From contig NC_087436.1 in the NCBI RefSeq assembly GCF_036321535.1, positions 31,312,001 to 31,376,000 of the forward strand: a stretch of 64,000 nt of DNA. The letters are read 5' to 3'. Below, piece by piece: positions 11,431 to 25,478 of the stretch. The notes beneath the pieces were generated by a model that saw only the letters and a program-made list of their open reading frames with translations, ran no database searches and was not told the DNA's origin. Made by a program: the position numbers and the translations under genes. Each line of letters starts with the position of its first letter. Position 1 is the first letter of the stretch. The DNA is from Camelus dromedarius. Lineage: Eukaryota.

Positions 11431-12534
11431 TTCTAAACTGGCCTGCTCATCTCCAAAGAGTCTCCCCAAATCTCTCATCCCTCATTAGAGACTCCCCTCA
11501 GGTCATACCCAATCACCTCTCTCTCCCCTCCAGGTGTATAGTTATCCTTCAAGGTCACACAGTAGTGGAAAGGGTAGGTTAGACTGGTTCTTCTTATTTC
11601 TCCAAATCCACTGTTATGATATAAACACTTTAACCTGCTACCTTCAGTGATTTCTCTTTTGATTCTCAAAAGCTTGTTTGGGAAGTTAAAAAAAGAAAAG
11701 AAAAAAACAGACTGATTGCTTCTCATTATTTCCATTCCCATGAAAAAAATCCTACTTCTCCCCAGAGGCAAAGTAGCTATCCATGCTTGACTAGAGGAAA
11801 GGTCCTGAGAAGAAAAGAGGAAAGCATAGAACTTAATGTTTAAAAATATTCTCTTGTCATCTGTGTCAGTGGCCACAAAGAAACCAGGATGAGAGTTTAG
11901 GTGACTAAGCCCAAATCTTCCACATAAAAATAGAAGCCAAATAATAACAAAAAGACAGAGGCTACCAGAAAATCTACTGGCAAATAAATTGAAGTCACCT
12001 GCCTTTCAGTCTGGGATTAGTAGAATTACCATCATGTTTGAAAAACAAACTGTCTTGAAAAAAATCCTCTGTTGAGAGAGTGAGCTGTCAGGTAACCACA
12101 GAGGTCGTAATATTTGCTTAGTGGAATAATTTCCAAATTAAATTTCAGTGCTGTTATTTACAGTTCCTGCTGATTTAGTCTAAATCATATGTGGGACTGT
12201 CAGGTAATAAATGTTTCCAAAAAGTAAAAGAAAAGTTAGGTTTCAAAGGACATTGGTGTGAATTTCTTTAAACTTCTTTAAATGATATTTCTTTAAATAC
12301 CAAAGCTTTGGTGGTCACTCTGCTGGCATCACACATGAAAAAGAGGGGATGATGATGACGAAGGAAATGTAACTTTAAAGAAAAGTCTAAGTTGCTGACG
12401 CTGCACCACCACCTCTACCGCCATACAACATAGCAGCTCTCCACAGCTCCTAGAGAACCAGGAAGAGCAGCGGACTCAAAGGCAAGAAAGCAAAAGCTGA
12501 GAATGAATTTTAAAATAAACCAAAATAAAGTACG

Positions 12535-12775
12535 TATTGGAAGGGAAAGGAACTTTATAGGTCATCTGGTCTGTCCTCCCACTCAATCTCCTGTAAATCT
12601 CCTCGACAGCTGGCCATCCCGCCTGTTCCTGCACCTGCACCCATGGAGAGCTCACACTTCCCAAGGCAGCCCATTCTAGTTTTAAACTGTTCAACTTAAA
12701 AAAAAAAAAAATGTCTCTTTTATTGAGCTAAATTTCTAATTCCATTTCTACAATTTCAACTCTTTGGTCCTACTC
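12535..12775 (-). mobile_element. L3/CR1 3' end
   Basis: ggaactttataggtcatctggtc...gagctcacacttcccaaggcagcccattc is the antisense L3 tail. Confidence 0.65.
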
Positions 12776-15700
12776 AAATTAAGCCACAGTCTGGATCAAG
12801 ATACAAATCAAAGAAAACCAACAAGGGGCATATCATTAGAGAAGCATCAAGTCAGCTTGCTGTGTCAGCGTCCCACATTCTACTTCCTTCGGCGCTTGTG
12901 AGCATTATGGGATAAAGAGTTCCCCGCTTTCCTTCAAGTTTTAAAGGTAAAGGACAACTCTTTCTGCAGCACAGTCCTCTGCAAGTGTGCATGGGGCCCA
13001 GCTTTTCTGGAAGCACACACACATGGCTTCTGCGAATTATTCTCACTACAGGAGCTTTCAAAATGCTATGCCAAGCAAACTGTGGGCCACTTTTCTCGTA
13101 GCATTGCCCAAAGCTAGACAGTTTAAATTTTTTTTCCATTTGTTTTCTGCTTAACATGGTCCTTCTCCCCAGCATATGTACCTTGAATTCCCTCTTGCTA
13201 AGCTTTTGTTTATCTTCTTATTTTTAACTCCAAAAGACCCTTTAAGAACCAAATGTCTCTTTCAAAAGAAACCAGTACTGAATTGCGAGTTTGGAAATCA
13301 TTTTTGTTGTTGCTGCAGTTGTTTGTACACTAGAATTAACACCACATACTCAATTGGCTTTACAAATTAAAAATCTAAATTACCTCTTTCTTCATTGTTT
13401 TGTTTCTATGATAAGCCAGCTTTTCATTCTTTAGGCCCAAGAGGTTAGTGGCCTTATTTTACAGAAAAATCAGGGATTAAAGCAAAAGATGATGAGCGGA
13501 ATACATCAATAGGATCCTGTTTTGACTCTTCCCCAGAGCTAAAATGTTATCACAGCAAGATTTGAATGGGGGAAAAGCTGCTGCAGGTGAATTAAATACT
13601 GAAAGTAAATGAAGAATATGAAGGGTTAAAGGAACAGGCAATGGATTTAATTAAATTTAAACAATTCTTAAAAAAATAAAAGAGAAGGCATATAATAATT
13701 CACAGAAGTTATGTGCTGGATTTATTCAACATCTCTGCAGTTACTACTTCTCATTAACTTACTAAAGTCAGCATTGCTCCTTAGAGAAAAAAAGGAAATT
13801 TTGGCATATCAAAGAATAAATAGAATGTTGCAGCATATTCACTGAATCATTTTTGGGGCAAATTTCGTGCTGTTTTCATGTCTTTGTACACTTTCTAAGT
13901 CTGTGTTTGTCAATGTCAATTCAACCCTCCCTGAAAACAACAGAGCTACAATTAGAGATGTAAAAAGCAGTTTGTGGGTAATTTAAATGCTGCAAACTGG
14001 CAATCTTCTCATGAAAACCACAAACAATTACTTCCATTCTCATGCGCCAGTGCATCTGGTTCACCACCATTTTTTTTAATCTGGGATTGCATATGAATTG
14101 ATAGTTAATTTCATAGCGAGAAAAAAAAAAGCTACATTTTTTTGACAGGGGTGTTATTTGTTTTTTAGTCACAGCACATTGCCATGCTTATGTGTTTAAT
14201 GATTTAAATTATACAACCAACTAACCCAATAACAATTCTCTCCTCTGCTTAACCCAGTCAGTCCCCGCCCCACCCCCAACAATATCAGGTGATGTTAACC
14301 CTTTCTCCTTACTGGCCTAAATCCTGCTGTGTTGAGAACAATCAGCTACCTGGAGCACCCTGAGGATGAAGAGTCTTGAATAATATCAAAAAGGAGAAAT
14401 TTTGCTTCTATTTGATCTGATTTTGCCATCTCTGATTAAAAGTAAAATTTTTTAAAAAAATTAGTGAAAGTAAACCCATCTTTGAACAATACCCAAATAG
14501 GCCCGTTGCACTGAAGGGCACCTTCATTAAAGAAACATTTACAGACTTCTTAAAAGACATGTATTTACATCTATTTAGTTTATAAATGAAGAAATTACAT
14601 GTGGGGAAAACATTTGAATAAACAAAACCACAGAGATAATAAAAGCCTTTGGTACAACATTGATGTGCAAGAACATCCTTCAGGATCACTCAAGAGGAAG
14701 TGAGCTTTAATGCAAAGGCATTAGTAATGGACTTTCTATTTTCTTGTTAGAAATAACCTTGATCTGGAAGAAAAAACTTTTTTCTTCACTGTTCAATATG
14801 CATTTCTCTCCAACTAATATATTCTACTAAAACCTTAAAAAAAAAGTGACACTTATGCTGGATTTATTATTTCTGAAATGGGCATTGCCAGAAACAAAAT
14901 AATTGAGAAAACTGTTTATTTTTGAAGGAAACAAGTTATTTACATGGATCATAATATTATAGGGAATGCTAGAATTTCCTTCCTGGCAGGTATTTTCAAA
15001 TAGGAGAGATTCTCCCCTGCAAAGAAGAGTTTGGACAAAATCTGCCAACCACAGAAAAATGCACTAGGTTATTCCTTAAAATTCATTCCAAGCCTATTCT
15101 TTTATGTCTCAAGTTTTCAGTTGCTAGTTCTTAAAATCAGAGAAGCAAGTGAAAAATGTGATCTATTAGCAAGCTATAAGCACAGTCTGATTCAGCTTCA
15201 CATATATTTTAATATTGTAAGTTTGAATTTTTCTAATTTGAACTCAATGACATATTACACCATTGTGCTATCACCCATTCTCACTAGCTTGGTAGGACAC
15301 AGTGGGTGAGGAGAATGGACTTACACACATTCCAATGTTTGTCTGATGCAATACAGTGATTCCCTCAAAAGCATGACATCTACTGGTTGTTTGAACAGTG
15401 AAAACAAGCAATACAATAATTCAAAGTTTAATTAAAAACTGGAGCAAATTGTTGTCATTCCTAGACTTGATACCTAAAGCAGAAGCGCCCCTTCCTTTGA
15501 CATTTTCAGTCAACATGAGTATTTATTGAATTATGTTCTTGGGAACATTAGTACAGTATGAAGTCCAGTTCTTGCACTTGAATAACTTATAGTCTTAAAG
15601 CTAAAGTATAAGACTCTCCCCCCACCTCTTCAAGGTATTTCATAAGCTAGCCTCAGTGCTCTTTGCACCCCTTCAATATTTCTTTCCAGTAGAAATTTAG

Positions 15701-16049
15701 AAATTCATTCAAAAGAACTGAAAATACAAATTACATGGAGAAGCTGCTAGAATAACTGCAAAAATAGAAGTAACCCAAGTATCCACAGTTGTGAAGGCCC
15801 AGCAAAGATTATTTTAGGATCTCCATACACTGTGATTTCTAATTGTGTTAGAGCAGGCAGATAAATAGATATGAGCAGAGAAAAGGGGCATATGCCAAAT
15901 GGCAGAAAATCATACACCTTGTGAACAACAGGGCAGACAGAGGAAAGCAGGAACCTCAGGAATGATAAGAAATTACACATTTGGGGGTGACAAGTGACAA
16001 GAGGTAGACAAAGAAAGGTGGGTAAAGGCAGGAATTTCCAGGATACTAA

Positions 16050-16434
16050 TGTAACTTTGACTCATTATGCCCTCATTAAAATAAAATTAGCCTTGCAAAT
16101 AACAGGTACCTATCATGCGCTGATGCCATGACACTTTGGATCAAAAGTAAATGAGGACTAAAGTCCCTCCTTCTCTTGGGGAGGTGGAGCTAGGGTGGAA
16201 ATCAGGAAATACAATGCCAAACCCCTCCCTCTCTAATGAATATTCCACCTGTTCACTTTTACACCCTATGTAACTAGCTTGCCAGAGAAACAGCACAGAG
16301 GCTCACCTGAGTCTGTCCGCTCTCCCTTTGAGAGTGTGCTATCACTTAATAAATCCTCACTTTACTTTCCTGATGTCTGGGTCTCATCTCTGAATTCTCT
16401 CTGTGACAAGACAAGAACCTGCTCTCTGGCAACA
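16050..16434 (+). mobile_element. ERV1-type LTR, family unassigned
   Basis: ctctccctttgagagtgtgctatcacttaataaatc...tgaattctctctgtgacaagacaagaacc...ggcaaca R/U5 architecture; no TSD seen. Confidence 0.65.
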
Positions 16435-16925
16435 ACAGCAGTCAGGCTAAGGTTAGAATGCAAATACCCAGCTCTTGCCATTTCTTCAAGACCTACCCAG
16501 TCCTGGGGATATCACTGTTTCAATGGACTCAAGGAACCTAGTTTGACTCCATGTGTGCACCTGGAATTCAGTCCACTGCAGTCTTCATAAGGAAATTATT
16601 AAGATCCCTAAACAGAAGTGACTCTTTTATAATCCCTTAAAGATAGTTTAAGTACCTAAAATTGCCCTATAACTGAAATCTGGGAAAGAAATGGATAGAG
16701 GTATTCTTAACTGGGGCAAGTCCACCTGTTTAAATGGGATGCTTTTGTTTCCCAGTGATTTCTTGGTGTTAATAGTCACTAACGAACATTCAATGTCTAC
16801 ACCTTCAGCAATTTGAAAAACTTATGAAATATGTCATCTGTGTTGCGTACTTAATATTATACATAACATAAAACACAGCTTTTGCCCTTTGGGAGTTGAT
16901 GTTTAACTGAATTAAAAATTTTCTT

Positions 16926-17930
16926 ATATAAGCAGCTCATATAACATAATAAGAAAAAAAAAAACAACCCAATCCAAAAATGGGCAGAAGACCTAAACAA
17001 GCAATTCTCCAAGGAAGAAATACAAATTATCAATAGGCACATGAAAAAATGCTCAATATCACTAATTATCAGAGAAATGCAAATCAAAACTACAATGAGG
17101 TATCACCTCACACCAGTTTGAATGGCCATCATTCAAAAGTCCACTAATAAGAAATGCTGGAGAGGCTATGGAGAAAAGAGAACCCTCCTACACTGCTGGT
17201 GGGAATGCAATTTGGTGCAGCCACTGTGGAAAACAGTATGGAGATTCTTCAAAAGACTAGGAATAGACTTATGATATGACCCAGTCATCCCACTCCTGGG
17301 CATATATCCAGAAGGAACCCTACTTCAAAATGACACCTGCACCCCAATGTTCATAGCAACACTATTTACACCAGCCAAGACAGGGAAATAGCCTAAATGT
17401 CCATCAAACCAATGACTGGATAAAGAAGATGTGGTATATTTATACAATGGAATACTATTTAGCCAAAAAAATTACAACATAATGCCATTTGCAGCAACAT
17501 AGATGTCCCTGGAGAATGTCATTCTAAGTGAAGTAAGCCAGAAAGAGAAAGAAAAATACCACATGAGATTGCTCATATGTGGAGTCTAAAAAAAAAAAGT
17601 GAACATAAATACAAAACAGAAACAGACTCATAGACATAGAATACAAACTTGTGGTTGCCAAGGGGGCAGGGAGGTGGGAAGGGACAGACTGGGATTGCAA
17701 AATTTGTAGATACTGACAGGCATATACAGAATAGATAAACAAGATTATACTGTATAGCACAGGGAAATATATACAAGATCTTGTGGTAGCTCACAGCGAA
17801 AAAAAAAATGTGACAATGAATATATGTATGCTCATGTATAACTGAAAAATTGTGCTCTACAGTGGAATTTGACACAACATTGTAAAATGACTATAACTCA
17901 ATAAAAAAATGTTAAAAATAAATAAATAAA
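16926..17930 (+). mobile_element. 5'-truncated L1 of a second subfamily (L1-1_Vpa-like 3' UTR) with (AAAT)n tail
   Basis: ORF2 C-terminal sequence closely similar to 1375-1980 but a different 3' UTR; aataaa + A-rich tail; approximate TSD aaaattttctt / aatatctttctt. Confidence 0.95.
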
Positions 17931-18039
17931 TAAATATCTTTCTTGTTATAGAAAAAAATAGGACATTCCTTTCAATGTCCATAAGCATATGTTTGTATAG
18001 TCTAAGGACATATCATTTTAAGACTTGTTATATTGCTGT

Positions 18040-18176
18040 TTGTTTACTTGACTCAGTTTTGTTAAGTTTATAACTCTTTCATACTATGGTTTATGTCTTG
18101 CTTATTTTTGTAAACCTCGGAGAATCTTATACAGTCACTTGCTCATAATAGTTGTTCAATAAATACTTGTTGACTT
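18040..18176 (+). mobile_element. L2 3' end fragment
   Basis: gctcataatagttgttcaataaatacttgttga terminal motif. Confidence 0.5.
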
Positions 18177-19593
18177 TAATTATTCACCACCACAGAGATC
18201 TTGATAGAGCTATAGAGAGAAAAGATTCAGCCTTCCAGACTGCCTTGTAAACATAAACTCTCTTAAAACAGATGACAATTATTAAGTGCTTTCTCGACAG
18301 CACTGACATTGGCATTCAACCTCTGTTGGCGTCCAGCTTTGTCACTGGATACTATCTCGTGTATTTCTGTTCCTTCAAATAAAAGCCCTACTTATATCTT
18401 GTTGCTTTTTAAACTCAGGAACAGTTCAGGGTTTATCTTGCTGGGATACATTTTTCACCTATTTCACAGATAAAATCGATCAGTTTCAGGAGCAGTTCAG
18501 TAGCTCTGTGGGAGCAGTGTGAAAGCCCACGGTAGGAGATGCAGTGTTTTTGCTTTCTGCTTTCCACATACTTTTTCCTGCCACAGTTTTCAGTCAGGTT
18601 TTGTAATAACACTCAGTCCTTCTTTGGAGAAAATGATAGCCTTCCTTAATGATAGCAAAATGTGGCTTCTTATCATGGGAAAGAAGTTTAGCAGTCCTAA
18701 AAGAAGAAAAGTCGCCAACATCACTTACAAATATGCATTTAATATTTCAACAACATAGATCTGGAAAGCAAAATAATTAACCAAGAACAAGCTCCAATAA
18801 TGCAAGTCAGAATTCAGTGGAGCTTGAGTTAATTAGAAAGTTTGCAGTGAAGGCTGAATGACACTGTCAAAGTGGAAGTTGTTGGTATTAAGGTGAAATT
18901 CTACACTGGCTTTCTTTTCTGACAAAACATAATCACCTTTCTACTTCCTCTAAGTTACACAGCCAGGAGGAGCCACAGAAAATCCTGGAAGATTGGGACC
19001 TCAATAGGAATAACTTTGTTGAAAAATATCTTCAATAGCTGGCCACCTCCATGACCTGAGATACAGGAATATCACTCTTATGGCTAAATCCCAACACAGA
19101 TATTCTTTCTCATTCATTTTCAAACATTACCTCAGTGACAGTAATCATACTCCAATAAGAAAACATGCATTAGTAACCAATAGAAAATTTACTCTAATCT
19201 CTGAATGATTATTCAACTTGAAGACACAAACTTGTTTTTTGGCGACTCACTCATTGTCTGTTCCTCCAGGGCTAGAAGACCTATGGGATTCCTTCCAGTT
19301 CTAAAGTGTACATTTCTGAGCTGGATTCCAGACTATGCTGTCTGTTACCATTGTTTCACAGCAGCCCATGATGATGGACTCCAAGTCAAACCAAGGCTTC
19401 TGTGTTTTTAAACAAAACAGCAATTAACCTCAAATATCTTACACCAAAGTGTTTTGTGGGCTTTCAAAGAAGAGAGTATGTATAGTACTGGACTGGAAAA
19501 GTTTTTTTTTAATATAGTTTATCTTTCATAATTAGGACTTACACATGAAGTTGGTTTCATGGGATGATTCTGAAAGAAGCACAAAATTGGGAG

Positions 19594-19695
19594 CACCTGC
19601 CTGGACTATTCTATGAGAGAGAAATAAACATCTTTTGAACTTTTAGATTTTTGCTCTTGTTTGTTAGAGCAGCTGGCCTGCCCTTACTAGTTGTA
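19594..19695 (+). mobile_element. MLT1 LTR 3' fragment
   Basis: ctggactattctatgagagagaaataaac...tttgttagagcagct. Confidence 0.5.
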
Positions 19696-19812
19696 GCTGA
19701 GCTCTCAGAAAGGGGGTTTATAATGATATATTATATCCTCAAAGCCCAATCGGAGCTAATTCAAAAGTTTTCTCCACATGATGTGGGGGCTGTGAACAAA
19801 GAGATTTGGATA

Positions 19813-20028
19813 GTCCATCGACAGATGATTGGATAAAGAAGATGCGATATAGAAATAGATATAGATATACTGGAATACTGCTCAGACATAAAAAAGAATG
19901 AAATAATGCCATTTGCAGCAACATGGATAGACCTAGAGATTCTCATACTAAGTGAAGTAAGTCAGACAGAGAAAGACAAATATCTTATGACATCACTTAT
20001 ATGTGGAATCTAACACAATGACACAATG
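19813..20028 (+). mobile_element. L1 ORF2-end/3' UTR fragment
   Basis: aaaaagaatgaaataatgccatttgcagcaacatggatagacctagag...agtcagacagagaaagacaaata. Confidence 0.85.
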
Positions 20029-20371
20029 GGTAGCCCACCAACAATAGCTTGTGTGGTGTAACAGTATTGGATGGTCAGGTGCTCTGGAAGCAGATGGGAG
20101 GACAAAGTGCCACGCAGACTACTGAGGACAGGAGCATACCCTAGCACTTCCACTAACCACCCTCTACTCTACAGAAAAATGTAAATGGCCAGCACTGCCC
20201 CAGCAAACAGTCTTGGTTTGACTTACCCTCTTATTGAGTCCCCAGTTGAAAATGGGTTGTCTTCATTAAACAAACCAGGTTCTTTCCCCTGCAACTTTTG
20301 CCCTAGCTCATTTCTTCTTTCTTAACAGCTCTAAACTGTATAAATGGTGTGAAAATGAAAGCATGAATTAA

Positions 20372-20402
20372 TACACACGCGCACACACACACACACACAC
20401 AT
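20372..20402. repeat. (CA)n microsatellite, interrupted
   Basis: Directly visible. Confidence 0.9.
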
Positions 20403-21607
20403 ACAACCTTACAAAGTCTTCTTGATAGGTACCCATAAGTCACAGAGGCAGGACATACACCAGAATTAAAATGAGAAAAGAAATCTATGTCGAAGTGCTG
20501 GAAAGATTCACCCTGGCTTACTTCCTTGATGATCATAGTGACATTTCCTAGGCACGTTTTGATGAAACATATCCATATCATTCCATTACCAACCAGATGT
20601 TACCAAAATAGGGAGGGAGAGGAAAAGAGCTCTGCTGCATTCTCTCAAAACTGGCAATGATCTTGCTAATTAAAACCTAATTATGAGAGAGCAACATGTA
20701 GTTACCCCCTATGAAAAACTAGCATGGATACCCACTAATTTAAAAGTTGTCACTTATAAACCCAAAGAAATTGGCTTATTAAAGTGAACACTAATGGAAG
20801 GTTCTGTTGCTCAGAGATGACAGGACAGAGGATAGAGGAGAGGAAGGAATGAATGTGTATGTTTTGAGTTGCCTTTCATTATCTGAGAAGAAGCCTCTGA
20901 CAGCAAGAGCCCCGTCAGGAGGACGAAAACAAAATGACTGTGGCGGGAACCACATTCTCCTAGTTTATTAATATGTATTATATATAGCTGCAAGCCACTG
21001 GGTGCCACAGATAGGTGAGTTACTCTGTTTAAGTATATTAATTTTAAACACGTGTATGAAGAGAGGTTCAAGGACAAGACAGTTTGGTGTATTTTATTTT
21101 ACTTTTTATCTGACTGTTTAGGGAGCCCTTTTAGTCTGGTATAAGGCAAGAGAGTAGATTATTCTTTAAACAACTGAAAAATTCAGTGAATGCATTAACT
21201 TATCTTCTCAGTGAGTCACCCAAATAGCACTTCAGCAAATACACTCACACACACACGCATGCACACACAAACACACATATTCTTTCTCATTTTAGCATGC
21301 ATTTGACCTTATGTTTTCCCATGTTATCCATGATTAACTAACCTCAGAAAACCTATGAATGTTAAGATATAATATTCTATGTTCCCTTTTACTCTAATAT
21401 AAGCAGCAGATAAAGCAACCTTTCCCATCCCCACCTCCTGCCCTGCAGAAAGGCTTCGATAGTATTTAGAAAGAAGTATCTTTCCCATTCTAACTCAACA
21501 GAGCTTCCTTTTGATCTTCTCAGTGTCTATCTGTCACATTCAAGTAAACACTATGTAGGGTTCATACCTCATTTTTCTACAAACTCATATTCTGGGTTCT
21601 GGAAAGC

Positions 21608-22400
21608 CATAGACTATAGTGGCAAACAGCTTTGGCTTTGGAGCCGAATAGCTTGAATCCACATGCTGAAAGAGTAGGAAACTAACTAACAAAGTGGCTT
21701 CCTTGATGCTAAAGCTGTTTGTTGATTCATTCTGACTTAGAATTCTTGCAACTTGCTTTTCTCTTTTTTTCTGAAAAACCCCCATCTCTGCTTCACTTGC
21801 TCAACTGCTTTTGTACTAAACAGCCCCCGATCTTTCCATTATACTTTCCACTCCCTGTACGTTCTTTACCCAGAATAGCTTATCCTTTAACCCAGAAGCT
21901 GTGCTCCGGGAAGGTGGTCATGGGCTGACAGCCTCAGAAGAATGAACAGACCCTCTGGAGCTTCTCTGTGATGTCAGTTGGATTCATGAAGATTGAGGAA
22001 AATACAGCACCCTGGAAAATGCCCTGTTTGTTGTTGCCTTTCTGTTCCATCCAGCTTTTCTATAAAACCTCAGGACCCCAACCCCAAGATGGATTCACAG
22101 TCTCTAAGGCATTAGCCTGCTGTGACCCCCTCCTCTGTCTGGCAAAACAATAAAGCTGCTCTTCTCTAATTCTCCCCAAACCCTGCCTCCAAGTCTCAAT
22201 TCAGCTATCGGGGTACGGAAGCCAGTTTTTTGGCAACAATGATGACTATGCCACTTCCTAACTGTGTGATTTGGGGTAATAAAATTCAGTTTTATAGACC
22301 TCGTTTTCCTTGTTTTTTGTCCGATTATTGAGTATCTTCTTAAGGTTTTAGTTCAGCACTTAGCCCCCTTCTGCATGGTGGAAACTCAGTAAATGCTAGC
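21608..22400 (+). mobile_element. MIR SINE split by an LTR
   Basis: ggctttggagccgaatagcttgaatcc | LTR | tgccacttcctaactgtgtgatttgggg...ctcagtaaatgctagc. Confidence 0.65.
21664..22238 (+). mobile_element. ERV1-type solo LTR, family unassigned
   Basis: TG start, tataaaa at 22061, aataaa at ~22149, end ...ttttggcaaca; cleanly interrupts a MIR. Confidence 0.75.
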
Positions 22401-22869
22401 CTCTGCTCTTATTATGCCCTATCAGACAAGCCACATAGCTTGCCTCTGGTCTTCTTCCTTCTGCTCACCTTCAGCACACTGCCTTGTCCTCATCCTAGAA
22501 CTGTTGGTTGCTTAGAAACCATTCCTTCCCCATTCTTGAAATGCATCCCACTCATTTGTCTGAGTTATTCTTCTCCTTGTCTTTCTACTAACAAAGAGGT
22601 TGATTGAATCCCTCAAGGATGCCGTCATCTAGCAAGCCACATATAAAGTACATTCTAGACATAGCCTGTCCTATCCAACACCAGGGATTTAATAGAGAGA
22701 GTGAGAGAAGGTAAGAGGAGAAAAAAGGGAGAAAAGTTAGCAAAATGAAAGGTAGAAAGAAGTTGACATGCTTACAAAGGTTTTATCAAGCATTGATTTA
22801 AATATAATCTGGGCAATGGCTGCTCTGACAATGACATGTTTAAGGAAGTTATGAGAACATGGTTTGTAG

Positions 22870-23050
22870 AGAATTCTTGACATGGAAACAATCTTAGAGA
22901 TAACCTGCTACACCCCCAAACACTTTACAAATGAAGAAATTGAGGCATGGAAAGTTTAAATAACTTTTCTTAAGGTATGTAATTATTAACTAACAGACCC
23001 CAGACTTAAAACCCTAGTTGTCTTAACCCTAGAACAGTTTTTTCCCTAAA
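22870..23050 (-). mobile_element. MIR-family SINE
   Basis: ctttacaaatgaagaaattgaggcatggaaagtttaaataact antisense MIR core. Confidence 0.65.
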
Positions 23051-23479
23051 TCTTCGTGTCCTCAAGTTTATTAATGTGAGAAGCCATTCATTCATTCACT
23101 CATAAGAAGTCATCTTTAATTTAAAGCATTTGCTTACCTCTCAACTTCAGTTAATCTTTTCCTGGGGTAGGACTGTCTACAGTGTTTCACTAGAATCAGA
23201 TTTCAATGTCCCCAGACAATCTCTGAAGCACCTTAGATAAATGTCACCCAAAGCCAGCCCCACCTCGGTTAGAGTAAACAGCTAACTTATGATATGAATT
23301 GAAGTAGAACAAAAATTACACAACTCAAAACTATCTTCCTTTGGGAACTCTCACCACCTTTTTAATAACTTTCTAGGGAAATTACACTTAGACATTGTAT
23401 TAAATATTTTAATCTATCTCTTTTCACTTAATCATTAAAAACAGTAGACACTAAATATGTATTTTTTGAAAGAAGAAAC

Positions 23480-23640
23480 ATTTAGGCACTATTATCCACA
23501 CTTTCATTGAAATAGGACATAAGACTCCTTGGACACAGAAAATGTATCCTATCCAAAGGTACTAGCTAATGCATAACCAGCCTGGATCTCAACCCAAATC
23601 TCTCTGAAACCAAGTCCATTTATTTCCCCCTCTGCTTGAC
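23480..23640 (-). mobile_element. MIR-family SINE (degenerate)
   Basis: ccaaaggtactagctaat...cagcctggatctcaacccaaatctctctga. Confidence 0.5.
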
Positions 23641-25478
23641 ACCATTGTGGCCACTGCTCTGGGTTAAAGGCATCATCTTCAAAAGGTGTCCTTTACTAAT
23701 GGACACTTGGAGTAGAAACTTATCAATCACTGCACAGAGTGAAATACATTAGTGAATATTAGTTGATTGAAGTACCTAGTAGAAAAGAAGCATTTGAGGG
23801 AAAGAGGGCTCAAACAGGTGAGTTTTGATTGAAGCAGAGGAGTCAGAACAGAGATGAAGCCGGAGGCAGACCCAGCTGCACAGTGCAGGGGAGGCTCTGG
23901 CAAATCAAGGCTGTGCACTGAGGATAGATGGTGAGGCAAAGAATCACTCCACAATTCTCTGTAGACCAGCCCTGACATCCAACCATCATTTTAAATGTGA
24001 AGTGCTACTTGGATCTGATTTTGAGGGTCTCGGTTTTAGGATTTCACTGCTATTTTCACTCTGAAAGGTCATTAGAGAGTACGTTAGATGGAGATAACTC
24101 TGTCTCTGCTCAGTGTGTTGCTACTGTAAGTGTGCCCTCCTGAAAATAAACTACATCTGGCAACCACTCGTGTGAATTACCTAAATAAAAGACTCACACT
24201 GTTAATGGAGCACTTTTGTACTAGAAAAAGAAACCATTAGATTTGATGTTAAAAGAAACTGCTACTGTCACTCACTTGATTGATTGCATCTTTTATTAGG
24301 TCTTCACTGAATTATTTTACGGTATTTCTCTTTTTTTAATCTGCTCCCCTTTGTTGGGATATTAAGAATGTATATTTTGAAAGTAGTGGGGGAAAAATGT
24401 TGAGAAGTATAAAATTCAAGATCATAAAAGCCTTTTCATGGGTGGCATTACGAACGTAGCTGTCATGTGGAGTCTGGAATGTAGGTGTAAATTTCAGCGA
24501 GTGAGGATTATGTTGTAAAGAGAAAGGGACTTATAAAGTGGAGCTGTAGGTTGATGAAAGAAAGGGATTTCAGGCAGAGGAAAGGCAGGCATGGGGCACC
24601 TATTACAACCATTACCCAGGGTCCTCCTTCAGTCACCGCCTTCCAACTAACGGTTTCTGAAGTGGTATTTTCAAGGACCAGATGTAAACTCTGCTCTGCA
24701 GGTGTGCTCTGTTTGAGTCCCCTCTCCTTTTGTCACCTGGCAGAGCCTGTGATTAGCCTGGCTAACATCAGAATATGTCCTAAGTTTCAATACGCGCACC
24801 TCCACCACTGGGGACCTTGCTGCAGTGGGTGTAACTGGAGCACCTCTGTGCCCGGAGGATGAGGAATTCGGCACATGATGAAACACACCCAAGTGATACA
24901 CACAGCAAAGGAGTGTGTGCTAAAGAGCTGTTACAGAATGCTGACAGGCTAAGTGTGCACATGGAGCTGGGAGCCCACAAGACTCTGGGAGACAGCTAAT
25001 AATCACTGTGACAGGCTGTCAAGCTTCCATTTTTCTCTTTTCTGTTTTGCATATTGACCCTGAACCGGGTGGCATGTTCATTTTCTATGCCTCACCACAT
25101 AGCATCAGGGCTGGGCCAGCCCTGGCTGGTATCTGCTGCTCACTAACGAGCTGCCGCCTTTGATGGTTGTGGCAGAACCGCATGCTTGTATTTATAAATG
25201 CCGCACACAGAGACTTGCTGGTAGGCAAGGCTGCTGAGGGTGCTACGCCGATGATGTGATAATGTGCAGAGGATTTCAGGTGAGCAGAGAGAATCTCAAT
25301 AGCAAGGTCTCCCCTGTTCCTCCTGTCTGACTGCCAGAAAGCCAACGAGCCCAGCAGGTGCACACACAGGCACAGGAGTGGTCGCTTTCCGCCCAGATTG
25401 GAGTGCTGGCCTAACCTCCCCACCAGCTACTCCCAATTCAGCGACCAAGACAACTCTTGAATTCAGAGCATTCATCGT

